Source: an uncultured Dehalococcoidales bacterium (GTDB lineage Bacteria > Chloroflexota > Dehalococcoidia > GIF9 > UBA5629). Taken from it: a DNA stretch of 40,416 bases. A program made the translations under genes and the position numbers. Numbering within the stretch: the first letter of the stretch is position 1; every line of letters begins with the position of its first letter. The notes below the pieces were generated by a model. It had not been told where the DNA came from, did no database searches, and worked only from the letters and a program-made list of their open reading frames with translations. The stretch is taken from NCBI GenBank assembly GCA_964619115.1, contig CAZUEB010000002.1:1-40416 (forward strand). Reading direction: 5' to 3'. Shown in pieces: positions 7,537 through 16,447 of the stretch.

Positions 7537-8664
7537 ATGAAAAAAGTACTGATTTTCCTTTTACTATTGAGTTTAATAGCGGGCATGACCAGTTGCCTGT
7601 TACCTCTGCCCACCACACCAACACCATCATACCCAAAAACTGAAACGCCAGCCGCTCAAGCACCCGCTCCGCCAATAGACACTAGCTGGTCACCCCCCGA
7701 ACAAGAAACTGAGGCTCCGGCACTACCGAGTATTGCTGACGTGGTGGATAAGGTTTACCCATCGGTGGTAGCCATAAGCACTGAAGCCATAGCCCTGGAT
7801 ATCTTCCGCACACCAAGAACACAAAAAGGCTCCGGCTCAGGCTGGATTATAGACAAAGACGGCATCATCGTGACCAATAACCATGTAATTGAGGGAGCCA
7901 AAAAGGTAACAGTAGAACTGAGTGACGGCAGAATCTTTGAGACAGACCTAACAAACATACATACAGACCAGTTAACGGACCTGGCAGTCATTAAAATCAA
8001 CGCCACCGACTTACCGGCTGCCAGCGTGGGCGATTCAACACAGCTTAGAGTTGGAGATTGGATGGTAGCCATCGGCAATCCATTAGGCCAGGGCATAAGA
8101 GCTAAAGAAGGTACCGTCAGCGGCCTGAAAGTGTCCTTAGATGTAGACCAGGGTCAGACTTTGGGTGACCTTATCGAGACATCGGCAGCTATTAACCCGG
8201 GTAACAGCGGTGGCCCGTTGGTGAATATGAAAGGAGAAGTAGTCGGTATCACCAGCGCCAAAATTGCTGGCGTTGGCGTCGAAGGTATGGGCTATGCCAT
8301 AAGCACCAGGGCAGCCATACCTATCATCGAGCAACTTATTAGGCAGGGCTATGTGACCCGTCCATGGCTTGGAGTCACCCTGTATACCGTTGACCAGTAT
8401 GTTGCCACGGTGAACCGTTTATCTGTTAACAAAGGCGCAGTGGTTGCCTATGTGAGACCGGGCAGCCCGGCAGCACAGGCAGGATTGCAAAAACTTGATG
8501 TAATCACCATCTTCAAGGGCAAAGAGGTAACTACAGCCGACGAATTAATAAACTCTATACACGAATCTCAGGTTGGAGAGGAAGTTACCATAACATTCGT
8601 CCGGGGCAACGAGACGAAGACAATCTCCACCCGCCTCATACAAAGCCCACCCCCAAGCAGTTAA
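7537..8664 (+). CDS. htrA: HtrA/DegP-family trypsin-like serine protease with one C-terminal PDZ domain, secreted or membrane-anchored
   Basis: 375 aa with an N-terminal signal sequence ending IAGMTSC (possible lipobox). Catalytic context is TNNHV (His), DLAVIK (Asp) and GNSGGPL (Ser). There is a PDZ-like C-terminus. Confidence 0.9.
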   Translation: MKKVLIFLLLLSLIAGMTSCLLPLPTTPTPSYPKTETPAAQAPAPPIDTSWSPPEQETEAPALPSIADVVDKVYPSVVAISTEAIALDIFRTPRTQKGSGSGWIIDKDGIIVTNNHVIEGAKKVTVELSDGRIFETDLTNIHTDQLTDLAVIKINATDLPAASVGDSTQLRVGDWMVAIGNPLGQGIRAKEGTVSGLKVSLDVDQGQTLGDLIETSAAINPGNSGGPLVNMKGEVVGITSAKIAGVGVEGMGYAISTRAAIPIIEQLIRQGYVTRPWLGVTLYTVDQYVATVNRLSVNKGAVVAYVRPGSPAAQAGLQKLDVITIFKGKEVTTADELINSIHESQVGEEVTITFVRGNETKTISTRLIQSPPPSS

Positions 8665-8689
8665 GATGGCTGATTCCAGAAATAGCCTC

Positions 8690-11600
8690 TCAAGCTGTCT
8701 TTTCAATACCTAGTGAGATTTCGTAATTCGAAATACGAAACTTCTCAGTATGGCTTCCAGCAGGAGGTACTGCTGAAATCAACTCCCGGGACAACGTTTC
8801 CTGCTTAATGTAGTCGGCAAACCTGGTCATAACCAGATGGACTGAATCCCCACCCTCATAATAGGTAATGATATGGTCAGCTATATCCAACCCCGCTGAG
8901 CGGCGCATGGTCTGCAAACGTCGTACAACTTCACGAGCGATTCCTTCAGCCTCCAACTCTGGCGACAGTTCAGTAGATACCGCTACCCAGTGGTCACCTT
9001 CAACAGCAGAAACATAGCCCGGTCTATCGCTATCCTCTTCACCCGTATGGAATTCTAATTCTTTGACATTGATTTCTTCTAATATTTGATAAGTCAGCTT
9101 TTTCAAGGCTTCTTTTTCGTCGGCTGACCCTACCCTGACCAGCGCCTTGGACAATGGTTGGCGCACTTTAATGCCGGACTTGGCTCTGGCGGCACGTCCC
9201 AGACTGCACACCGTCATAGCCAGGCGCGTAGCTTCAACAAGCTTCTCATCTACCTGTGACAGGTCGGCAACAGGAAATTCAGCCAGATGCACGCTTTCCA
9301 CAGCATCAGACTCAACCGAGCAAACCAGATTTCTGTAAATCTCCTCAGCGACAAAAGGCGTAAAAGGCGCTAGAAGCTTTGACAGGGTTACCAAGCAATA
9401 ATATAGCGTCGAATAAGCAGCCAGCTTATCTGCATCGCTCTGGCTTTTCCAGAAACGGCGACGACTTCGCCTCACATACCAGTTAGAAAGTTCATCAACA
9501 AAGAACTCAAGCTTCCGTCCGGCTGAAGTGGGGTCATAATTATCTAAAGCTCTATCCACATCAGCTACAAGCTGGTTTAGCCTGGAAAGAATCCATCTGT
9601 CCAGGTCGGAAAGTGCTGTTACTGATGCCGATTTGGGGTCGAAGCGGTCAATATTGGCATAGATGACAAAAAAGGAATAGATATTCCACAACGTGAGCAA
9701 AAAATTGCGCAAGACTTCAGAGACCGCGTCACTGGAAAAACGGCGGACATTGCCAGCCGGAGCAGTCGTAAATAGATACCAGCGTAAAGCATCAGCACCG
9801 TAGTTATCAAGCACCGACCACGGGTCAACAACGTTTCCTTTGGCTTTGCTCATCTTGTCGCCTTCGGCATCAAGAATGTGCCCCAGGCAAATAACGTTCT
9901 TGAAGCAGGGACTATCAAAAAGCAATGTCGATATAGCATGTAAGCTGTAAAACCAGCCGCGTGTCTGGTCAACAGCTTCTGAGATGTAGTCGGCAGGAAA
10001 ATTACGTTTAAATGTATCCTGATTTTCGAAAGGATAATGCCACTGAGCAAAGGGCATAGCCCCTGAGTCAAACCAGCAATCTATCACCTCCGTTTGCCGT
10101 TTCATCCTACCCCCGCACTTCGAGCAAGAAAAAGTAATGTCATCCACAAAAGGGCGGTGCAGGTCCAGCGGTTCAATCAGACCTTCGATATCTGGCTTCG
10201 ATTTCAGTTCATCAAGGCTGCCGATGCATTCATAGCCGCCACAGCTAGAGCAACCCCAGATGTTCAACGGTGTCCCCCAGTAACGTTCCCGGGAAAAAGC
10301 CCAGTCTACATTATTCTCCAACCAGTTGCCGAAACGACCATACTTTATATGCTCAGGATACCAGTTTATCTTGTCATTGCCAGAAATAAGTGCCTCTTTC
10401 TTGAGCGATGTCCTGATGTACCATGTTTTTTTGGCATAGTATAGGAGTGGCGCTTCACACCTCCAGCAAAACGGGTAAGTATGAACTATCTGCTCGCTGC
10501 GGTAGAGCAAACCCCTTGATTTGAGGTCTTCAAGAACAAGAGAGTCAGCATCCTTGACAAACTTTCCGGCAAAAGGATAAGTGCCGGTCATTTTCCCATC
10601 CAAATCTACAGGTTGAACGAAATCCAGCCCCTCCTTCTTCCCAGCCTCGAAGTCAACCTCACCGAAGGCCGGGGCAATATGGACTATACCAGTTCCGTCT
10701 TCCATAGAGACAAAATCACCGGAAATCACACGGTATGTCAAATCTGAGTTCGCCTTCTGGAGAGACAACATTTCATAGGAGAGCTCCACTTCGGCAGCAC
10801 TTGCACCGAAACGACCTCTCTCGACACCGAAATCATGCGGGTTAAACAACGGCTGGTATTCAAGCCCGACTAGGTCTTTACCAGGAACAGCAGCTATCGG
10901 TTTATAACCGTCAAGACCGATTCTTTCCACGAGCGCCGTAGCCAAAATAAGATAATCCTCAGAGCTACCCATAATACTATATTGCGCTTCTGAAGCTACA
11001 GCCAGAGCAGTATTACCAGGCAGCGTCCACGGAGTCGTCGTCCAAGCTAATAAAAATACAGGTTTATCCAATGGAGGCAAAGCAACGGGAAGCTTAAGAT
11101 TGTCCGCAGAACTACTAGCAAGCTTAAACTTTATGTAAACTGATGGGTCAGCAGCATCATCTCTATAACCCAGAGCCACCTCATGTGAGCTAAGAGAGGT
11201 GCCGCACCGCGGGCAATGGGGAGTAACCCTATAGCCCTGATAAATCAAATTCCTGTCCCACAGTTGCTTTAATGCCCACCAGCAAGACTCTATATAGCTG
11301 TTTTCCAGCGTGCGATAAGCATGCTCTAAATCCAGCCAGAAGCCGATGCGCTCGGTCATGGCATCCCATTCCTTAAGATATCTAAATACGCTCTCCCGAC
11401 AAAGCGCATTGAATTTAGCCACGCCATATTCCTCGATCTGAGCCTTGCCGGTAAAACCCAGCGTCTTCTCAACTTCCAGCTCTACCGGAAGCCCATGAGT
11501 GTCCCAACCAGCCTTACGTGGGACATAGCATCCTTTCATAGTTCTGTATCTTGGGATGACATCCTTAAACACCCGCGATAGCACATGATGAATCCCCGGA

Positions 11601-11758
11601 CTACCATTGGCTGTAGGCGGCCCCTCATACATGGTGAATTGTCGCGCTCCATGCCTGAGTTCGAGGCTTTTTTTGAAGATCTGGTGCTCTTGCCAGAAAC
11701 TGAGGATGGTTCTTTCCAGGTCAGGAAAATTAACCTTGCTGTTTACCGGTCGAAACAT
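8690..11758 (-). CDS. ileS: Isoleucine--tRNA ligase (type 2, eukaryote-like)
   Basis: 1022 aa. It has the HIGH-type motif PTANGSPGIHHV, the KMSKS motif KMSKAKGNVV, an editing/CP1 region and CxxC pairs (CPRCG, CWRCE, CSSCGG, CSKCGG). The start is 2 nt after the jag stop. Confidence 0.95.
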   Translation of the reverse strand: MFRPVNSKVNFPDLERTILSFWQEHQIFKKSLELRHGARQFTMYEGPPTANGSPGIHHVLSRVFKDVIPRYRTMKGCYVPRKAGWDTHGLPVELEVEKTLGFTGKAQIEEYGVAKFNALCRESVFRYLKEWDAMTERIGFWLDLEHAYRTLENSYIESCWWALKQLWDRNLIYQGYRVTPHCPRCGTSLSSHEVALGYRDDAADPSVYIKFKLASSSADNLKLPVALPPLDKPVFLLAWTTTPWTLPGNTALAVASEAQYSIMGSSEDYLILATALVERIGLDGYKPIAAVPGKDLVGLEYQPLFNPHDFGVERGRFGASAAEVELSYEMLSLQKANSDLTYRVISGDFVSMEDGTGIVHIAPAFGEVDFEAGKKEGLDFVQPVDLDGKMTGTYPFAGKFVKDADSLVLEDLKSRGLLYRSEQIVHTYPFCWRCEAPLLYYAKKTWYIRTSLKKEALISGNDKINWYPEHIKYGRFGNWLENNVDWAFSRERYWGTPLNIWGCSSCGGYECIGSLDELKSKPDIEGLIEPLDLHRPFVDDITFSCSKCGGRMKRQTEVIDCWFDSGAMPFAQWHYPFENQDTFKRNFPADYISEAVDQTRGWFYSLHAISTLLFDSPCFKNVICLGHILDAEGDKMSKAKGNVVDPWSVLDNYGADALRWYLFTTAPAGNVRRFSSDAVSEVLRNFLLTLWNIYSFFVIYANIDRFDPKSASVTALSDLDRWILSRLNQLVADVDRALDNYDPTSAGRKLEFFVDELSNWYVRRSRRRFWKSQSDADKLAAYSTLYYCLVTLSKLLAPFTPFVAEEIYRNLVCSVESDAVESVHLAEFPVADLSQVDEKLVEATRLAMTVCSLGRAARAKSGIKVRQPLSKALVRVGSADEKEALKKLTYQILEEINVKELEFHTGEEDSDRPGYVSAVEGDHWVAVSTELSPELEAEGIAREVVRRLQTMRRSAGLDIADHIITYYEGGDSVHLVMTRFADYIKQETLSRELISAVPPAGSHTEKFRISNYEISLGIEKTA

Positions 11759-11760
11759 GC

Positions 11761-12408
11761 CTAATGCTTCTTCAATAGAATAGCTACTTTTCGCATTTCG
11801 CCTTCACCCATGCTCTGGGTGGTGACATCCGGATTATCAGTCAAAGCTAAATGAATAATCCTGCGCTCATCTGCAGGCATAGGCTCAAGTGTTATCAAGC
11901 GCCGGCTTCTTTTCACCTGCTCTGCCAAACGCAAAGCCAGGTTTTGCAAGGACTCGTAACGTCTCTTTTTATAGTCAGCAATATCAACATTGACCGGCAC
12001 CCACGCCTTCAACTTCTCAGCGACTATCAGCCTGATGATATACTGCAGAGAAGCCAAAGTCTGACCACGACGACCGATCAAGACCCCAAGGTCATCGCCC
12101 TGTATATTCAGAGTCACCGGCAACTCGCCGTTGGTTTCTTGAATAACAGAAACATCGGCGGTTATTTTCATTGACTTAATCAACGTCTCCGCTACATCCT
12201 TGGCCACCTCAGATACATCCAATTTTTCGCCAGATACAGGTAAAAGCGTTACCTTTATCTTGGCCTCCTCAGCACCCATTCCCAAAACGCCTGACTTACC
12301 TTTCTTCAATACTACCACTTCCACCTCGTCTTCACTTACCCCCAATTGTTCCAGTGCTAACTGTAAAGCCTCGGCAACCGTTTTTCCACTTACTTCTAGC
12401 TCTTTCAT
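11761..12408 (-). CDS. jag: Jag/KhpB-like RNA-binding protein (Jag_N, KH and R3H domains)
   Basis: 215 aa. It has the conserved position after yidC, with a 4-nt ATGA overlap. The KH-like motif is GRRGQTL and the R3H-like motif is ERRIIHLAL. Confidence 0.9.
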   Translation of the reverse strand: MKELEVSGKTVAEALQLALEQLGVSEDEVEVVVLKKGKSGVLGMGAEEAKIKVTLLPVSGEKLDVSEVAKDVAETLIKSMKITADVSVIQETNGELPVTLNIQGDDLGVLIGRRGQTLASLQYIIRLIVAEKLKAWVPVNVDIADYKKRRYESLQNLALRLAEQVKRSRRLITLEPMPADERRIIHLALTDNPDVTTQSMGEGEMRKVAILLKKH

Positions 12409-13304
12409 CTTCCAAAAAGACCTCGCTTCTTCTCCTCAGATGCCTTCTTCAATGTCTTAGACTCTTCTGCCGCCTTCTGTACCGTCTTGGATGGCCTTTC
12501 ATTTGGTGATATTTTATGTACTGGCACAGGTTTTTGAGCCTGAGCCGGAGGCGGAGCTTGAGTCGGAGCCACCCTCGGAGCCGAAGGGGCCCTCAAATAT
12601 CCCCAGCCACCACTGACGAAATACTGAATTATAATGCCAATCACATTTGAAACCACCCAGTATAGAGCCAGGCCGCTGGGGAAAGACAGGGTAAAGAATC
12701 CAAACATCAATGGCATCATCATTGTAGTCATGCTTGTCATAGATTGCTGCCTTGGGTCGGTAGCTGGTGGTGTAACCATCTTTTGCTGCACCCACATTGT
12801 GCCACCCACTAATATAGCCAGTATGAGATTAGGGTCTGGTCGGGACAATTGCAGCCAGAGGAAATGCTCGTTCAGAGGTACTGCCTGACCAACTGCCGCC
12901 CATGAGTAAAGATGTTGCGACAAGTTCAATAAATTCTCCGGTGTAGCTGCCAAGGCCTGCATAATGGACTGGTACAGAGCTATCCATATAGGTAACTGGA
13001 TAAGCATAGGCCAGAGACAGCCCAGAGGATTAATTCCAGCTTCCTTATACAGCTTCATCATCTCCTGCTGTAATTTCTGCTGGTTTTTGGCGTATTTCTT
13101 CTGAAGTTCCTGAACCCTTGGTTGCAGTGTTTGCATTGCCTTGGTTGACTGAGTCTGTCGTACGGTAAGGGGAAACAACGCCAGGCGGACAACAACCGTA
13201 AGCACAATGATCGCTAGCCCAAAGCTGCCACCCAACATAGTGCACAAGGCAATCAGACTGTTGAGCACAGGTTCAAGGATAATAGTATTCCACAATTCAG
13301 CCAT
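12405..13304 (-). CDS. yidC: Membrane protein insertase YidC (short, monoderm type)
   Basis: 299 aa with multiple TM segments, the conserved LFPLT..Q..S motif, KLYKEAGINPLGC, and a basic C-terminal tail. Confidence 0.93.
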   Translation of the reverse strand: MAELWNTIILEPVLNSLIALCTMLGGSFGLAIIVLTVVVRLALFPLTVRQTQSTKAMQTLQPRVQELQKKYAKNQQKLQQEMMKLYKEAGINPLGCLWPMLIQLPIWIALYQSIMQALAATPENLLNLSQHLYSWAAVGQAVPLNEHFLWLQLSRPDPNLILAILVGGTMWVQQKMVTPPATDPRQQSMTSMTTMMMPLMFGFFTLSFPSGLALYWVVSNVIGIIIQYFVSGGWGYLRAPSAPRVAPTQAPPPAQAQKPVPVHKISPNERPSKTVQKAAEESKTLKKASEEKKRGLFGR

Positions 13305-13312
13305 AACTAACT

Positions 13313-14488
13313 CTATTTAATGTCAGAATAAGGAAATTCCCAGACCTTATCTCCACTTTGCAAATCTACAGCGTAAACACAGCGATTTTTAGCATGCACA
13401 AAAACCATGTTCTCCTCAGCGTAAAGCGGAGCCATAACTGGATAACCAATGGAAACAGCCCGCACCAAATTCCCACTATCAGACTCCAGGATGTAAATCA
13501 CACCTGATTCCGAGGCTGCCACTAGAAGATTATCTGATAGTGCCGGCGCAGAAGCAATAGGGGCATCAGTGGCAAATTGCCACAGCTTATCACCCGTGCT
13601 AGCATCGAGAGCGTAAATTTGATGGTCGAGGCAAGCAGCATAAACCACGCCATCCTTCACCACCGGGGTTGACCAGAACCAGTTACCCCCCTCAAAAGTC
13701 CACTTCTCACTACCGTTTGAGCTGTCGACAGCATAAAAATGATTGTCGAAAGTACCGAAAAAGATGGTATCTTCAGAAATTAATGGCGAGGAGGCAATAG
13801 ATGCTGGCAATTCAATTTCCCAGAGCAGGCTATTCCCCGTGATTGACACAGCAAAAAGCTTCCGCTCGTAATTACTAACATAAACTGCACTATCTTCAAC
13901 CGCTGGAGACGTCCATACCTTGCCGCCAGTGTCAAATTCCCATTTCTTCTCCCCATAAGCCGCATCCAGGGCGTAGAGCTTACCATCAGAACTACCCACA
14001 TAGAGAGTGCCCTCGACCAATACCGGGGTGCCAACAATAGCACCTATGGATTTCACGCCACTAGGATAAGTCCACTCACCTTTTGACCGCAATGGTACAC
14101 CTTCCGTATAGCCGGGAGCCAGCCTATCCATGGCCACCAGTTTCCCCTTCTCACCAGCATAGATACAAACACAAACCAGGTCTCCAGCCACTACCGGTGT
14201 GGCGTATATGCTTGCTCTCGTCGATGCCGGGACACAAGCGGGGCCACACATTGCACCCGGAGTACCCATGCTGGGAACTGTAAAAGCCCATTCATTTTCG
14301 CTGGGAAAAGGCAGTTCCTGACTACGAGCCTCAGGACTTATCGCCAACACCCTGCCATCCATAGTCCCGAAATAAAGGATGCCATCATATTCAGTAAACC
14401 CCGACCACCCCTCCCATGCCGGCCCAGCGCAACCAAGTACAAGCAGACTTAGAGCAACAAGACAAAATATTAAACTTAATCTCTTCAT
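13313..14488 (-). CDS. PQQ-like (BamB-like) beta-propeller repeat lipoprotein
   Basis: The ORF extends to 14569, but that start would overlap yidD. The internal start MKRLSLIFCLVALSLLVLGC (ATG at 14488) gives a signal peptide with a lipobox-like LVLGC. There are repeated G.LYA.D...G...W blades (e.g. DGKLYALDAAYGEKKWEF, HFYAVDSSNGSEKWTF, QIYALDASTGDKLWQF). Confidence 0.8.
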   Translation of the reverse strand: MKRLSLIFCLVALSLLVLGCAGPAWEGWSGFTEYDGILYFGTMDGRVLAISPEARSQELPFPSENEWAFTVPSMGTPGAMCGPACVPASTRASIYATPVVAGDLVCVCIYAGEKGKLVAMDRLAPGYTEGVPLRSKGEWTYPSGVKSIGAIVGTPVLVEGTLYVGSSDGKLYALDAAYGEKKWEFDTGGKVWTSPAVEDSAVYVSNYERKLFAVSITGNSLLWEIELPASIASSPLISEDTIFFGTFDNHFYAVDSSNGSEKWTFEGGNWFWSTPVVKDGVVYAACLDHQIYALDASTGDKLWQFATDAPIASAPALSDNLLVAASESGVIYILESDSGNLVRAVSIGYPVMAPLYAEENMVFVHAKNRCVYAVDLQSGDKVWEFPYSDIK

Positions 14489-14546
14489 TCTGATCCTGAA
14501 TAAACCGGCCAACTTATTCATCATTAACAGCAAAAAATTTAAAATC

Positions 14547-14762
14547 TTATGGCACCGGGTCATAGCCACCCGCAGACCAAGGATGGCAACGCCCTATGCG
14601 CTTTGCTGCCAGCCAACTCCCTTTAACAACACCATATTTTTGTATCGACTCATAAGCATAATGAGAGCACGTAGGTTCAAAGCGACAAGCAGGCGGGGTA
14701 ACTTGTGAAACCGTAGACTGATACAGCTTAATTAACTCCAGCACGAACCATTTCATTTTCAT
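14547..14762 (-). CDS. yidD: Membrane protein insertion efficiency factor YidD
   Basis: 71 aa with the family motif CRF.PTCS.Y and GRC.PW..GG.D.VP. It overlaps the rnpA 3' end by about 35 nt. Confidence 0.9.
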   Translation of the reverse strand: MKMKWFVLELIKLYQSTVSQVTPPACRFEPTCSHYAYESIQKYGVVKGSWLAAKRIGRCHPWSAGGYDPVP

Positions 14763-15087
14763 CTACTAAACGAGCTCGTAACAGCAGCTTTCCTATTGAC
14801 CTCTTGAGGTCATGATAGTCAGCATTCGCCGCATCTGGCCGAGCAATAAAAACTATATCCCACCCCGGCTTTATCAATGTTACACGTACAACTTCCCTGA
14901 GCAAGCGCCGCACCCGATTGCGCACCACAGCCTTACCGACATCCTTAGCTACTGAAAACCCACACCGGTCAAACTCTAAGTCATTAGGTAACGCTTTCAT
15001 GACAATAAGCTTATCTACCCAAGCTTTACCCGATTTGTAAACAGCCAGATATTGGGCTCTTTTTGTTAAAGCCCGTCTCTTTGTCAT
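14728..15087 (-). CDS. rnpA: Ribonuclease P protein component
   Basis: 119 aa and basic. The RNR-type motif is KAVVRNRVRRLLRE. It has the conserved position directly after rpmH. Confidence 0.9.
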   Translation of the reverse strand: MTKRRALTKRAQYLAVYKSGKAWVDKLIVMKALPNDLEFDRCGFSVAKDVGKAVVRNRVRRLLREVVRVTLIKPGWDIVFIARPDAANADYHDLKRSIGKLLLRARLVDENEMVRAGVN

Positions 15088-15091
15088 GCTT

Positions 15092-15232
15092 CTAAACTGG
15101 CGTCAATTGCCACCGCCCCTTGAGCCGCCTTGATTTTAATACCTTCCGTCCTCCTCGGGTCGCCATTCTTGCTCGGAAGCCATTTTTACGCTTTCGCGAT
15201 ATTTTCTTAGGCTGATACGTTCTCTTAGGCAT
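15092..15232 (-). CDS. rpmH: 50S ribosomal protein L34
   Basis: Not in the ORF track because it is under 60 aa. Manual reverse-complement translation gives [46 protein letters not shown], the classic L34 sequence, immediately upstream of rnpA. Confidence 0.93.
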   Translation of the reverse strand: MPKRTYQPKKISRKRKNGFRARMATRGGRKVLKSRRLKGRWQLTPV

Positions 15233-15250
15233 TATACTATCCTTCAAAAG

Positions 15251-15544
15251 CTATGCTCTGGTTTCAGATGCTCTACCAGGACTAACATGTTCCGGAGTAT
15301 AAGGCAATAAAGCCAGGTAACGAGCTCTCTTTATTGCCAATGCTAAGCGCCGCTGATGCTTGGCACAAATACCTGTCCGACGGCGTGGCTGAATTCTGGC
15401 CCGGTCAGAAATATAGCGCCGCAACCTGGAGGCGTCTTTATAGTCTATTTCAGCCCTGTCAGCACAAAAGGGGCAAACTTTGGGCCTGAAAACAAAGCGA
15501 CGTCCCTTCTCCCTTGTATCTTTATTCCCCTCACCTTCCTGCAT
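15251..15544 (-). CDS. rpsR: 30S ribosomal protein S18
   Basis: 97 aa containing VCPFCA...IDYKD...[42 protein letters not shown]. Confidence 0.93.
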   Translation of the reverse strand: MQEGEGNKDTREKGRRFVFRPKVCPFCADRAEIDYKDASRLRRYISDRARIQPRRRTGICAKHQRRLALAIKRARYLALLPYTPEHVSPGRASETRA

Positions 15545-15583
15545 GCTCTAATCTATGCCTCCTTCTAATCAAAAGATAAGTTA

Positions 15584-16006
15584 CTAAAAAGGCAGATCTT
15601 CAGGTTCTACCTCTTCCTCACCAGCTTCCATATGGCCTTCCACAGGGATTTCTTCACCGGGGAGCGGAGCCAGAGCCTGCTTATCAAGGAATAGTACCCT
15701 GTCAGCATTTACCTCAAGTGTAACACGCCTCTGGCCATCTCGGTCTTCCCAAGTACGAGTGCGCAGGCTCCCCTCAACATAAACACGCTGTCCTTTGGTT
15801 AAAAACTGATTGCAGCTCTCAGCCTGCTTTCTCCAAGCAGATACTCTAAACCATTCAGTTTCCTGCTTGCGTTCACCGTCCGATGCAGTATAAACCCGAT
15901 TGGTGGCTAGACTGAATGAAGCCACCGGCGTGCCGCTAGGTGTGAAGCGCATCTCTGGATCTGTACCAAGATTTCCAATGAGCATAATTTTGGTCAAACT
16001 TACCAT
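15584..16006 (-). CDS. ssb: Single-stranded DNA-binding protein
   Basis: 140 aa with an OB-fold N-terminus (IMLIGNLGTDPEMRFTPSG) and an acidic tail ending EPEDLPF. It lies between rpsF and rpsR. Confidence 0.93.
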   Translation of the reverse strand: MVSLTKIMLIGNLGTDPEMRFTPSGTPVASFSLATNRVYTASDGERKQETEWFRVSAWRKQAESCNQFLTKGQRVYVEGSLRTRTWEDRDGQRRVTLEVNADRVLFLDKQALAPLPGEEIPVEGHMEAGEEEVEPEDLPF

Positions 16007-16023
16007 TACAACCCTCCTTGCAC

Positions 16024-16311
16024 TTAACCCTTTGACCTTACCAACAGATGGCGCAGAATCTTCCCAGAAAGCCGAAAGTTAGCTTCAAGCTCTTTAGTCG
16101 AAGTTGGCTTCAATGTGAGTTTAGTCAACACGTAATTACCCTCTGTCGACCGTTTTATAGGATAAGCAAGCTGTTTCCTCCCCCACTGATTCACTTCATC
16201 TACGCTCCCACCGTTTTTACTGATTAACTCGCTCAATTTGGCGATAAAGTCAGGCATGTCCTCATCAGTCACTTCAGGACTGACTATAAGTACCAATTCA
16301 TAACTAGGCAT
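16024..16311 (-). CDS. rpsF: 30S ribosomal protein S6
   Basis: 95 aa starting MPSYELVLIVSPE and containing WGRKQLAYPI. The SD GAGGGT lies 7 nt upstream. Confidence 0.93.
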   Translation of the reverse strand: MPSYELVLIVSPEVTDEDMPDFIAKLSELISKNGGSVDEVNQWGRKQLAYPIKRSTEGNYVLTKLTLKPTSTKELEANFRLSGKILRHLLVRSKG

Positions 16312-16342
16312 TCATATTACCCTCAAAGCTCAAAGTCTGCAC

Positions 16343-16372
16343 ATTATAGCATATCGAAGAAAATAGCAACAA
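16343..16372 (-). promoter_or_regulatory. Sigma70-type promoter for rpsF and the following genes
   Basis: On the minus strand, TTGTTG (16372-16367), an 18-nt spacer, then TGC-TATAAT (extended -10, with TATAAT at 16348-16343), about 30 nt upstream of the rpsF ATG. Confidence 0.6.
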
Positions 16373-16397
16373 GCTCACGAACGAACGTGGGTATTTC

Positions 16398-16426
16398 TTG
16401 CAATTTAACTTCATCTGGCTTATATT
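16398..16426 (+). promoter_or_regulatory. Sigma70-type promoter for ychF
   Basis: TTGCAA at 16398-16403, a 17-nt spacer, then TATATT at 16421-16426. It is divergent from the rpsF promoter. Confidence 0.55.
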
Positions 16427-16447
16427 TCTTTTTGCCAGGGGGATATT

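Noticed and set aside
7347-7643. 98-aa plus-strand ORF bridging the MBL hydrolase start and the htrA start
   Set aside because: It overlaps the promoter region and the 5' ends of two supported genes in other frames. It has no RBS and its composition is not protein-like.
14489-14569. Longer start (MAMTRCHK...) for the PQQ propeller gene
   Set aside because: It would overlap the yidD 3' end and put 27 non-signal residues in front of an otherwise perfect signal peptide and lipobox. The ATG at 14488 (MKRLSL...) is preferred.
8690-16447. oriC near the rpmH-rnpA-yidC-jag cluster
   Set aside because: dnaA is not adjacent. I found only isolated 8/9 DnaA-box-like matches, inside coding sequence (for example around 9553 and around 33370). 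No clustered boxes or AT-rich unwinding element occur in any intergenic gap.
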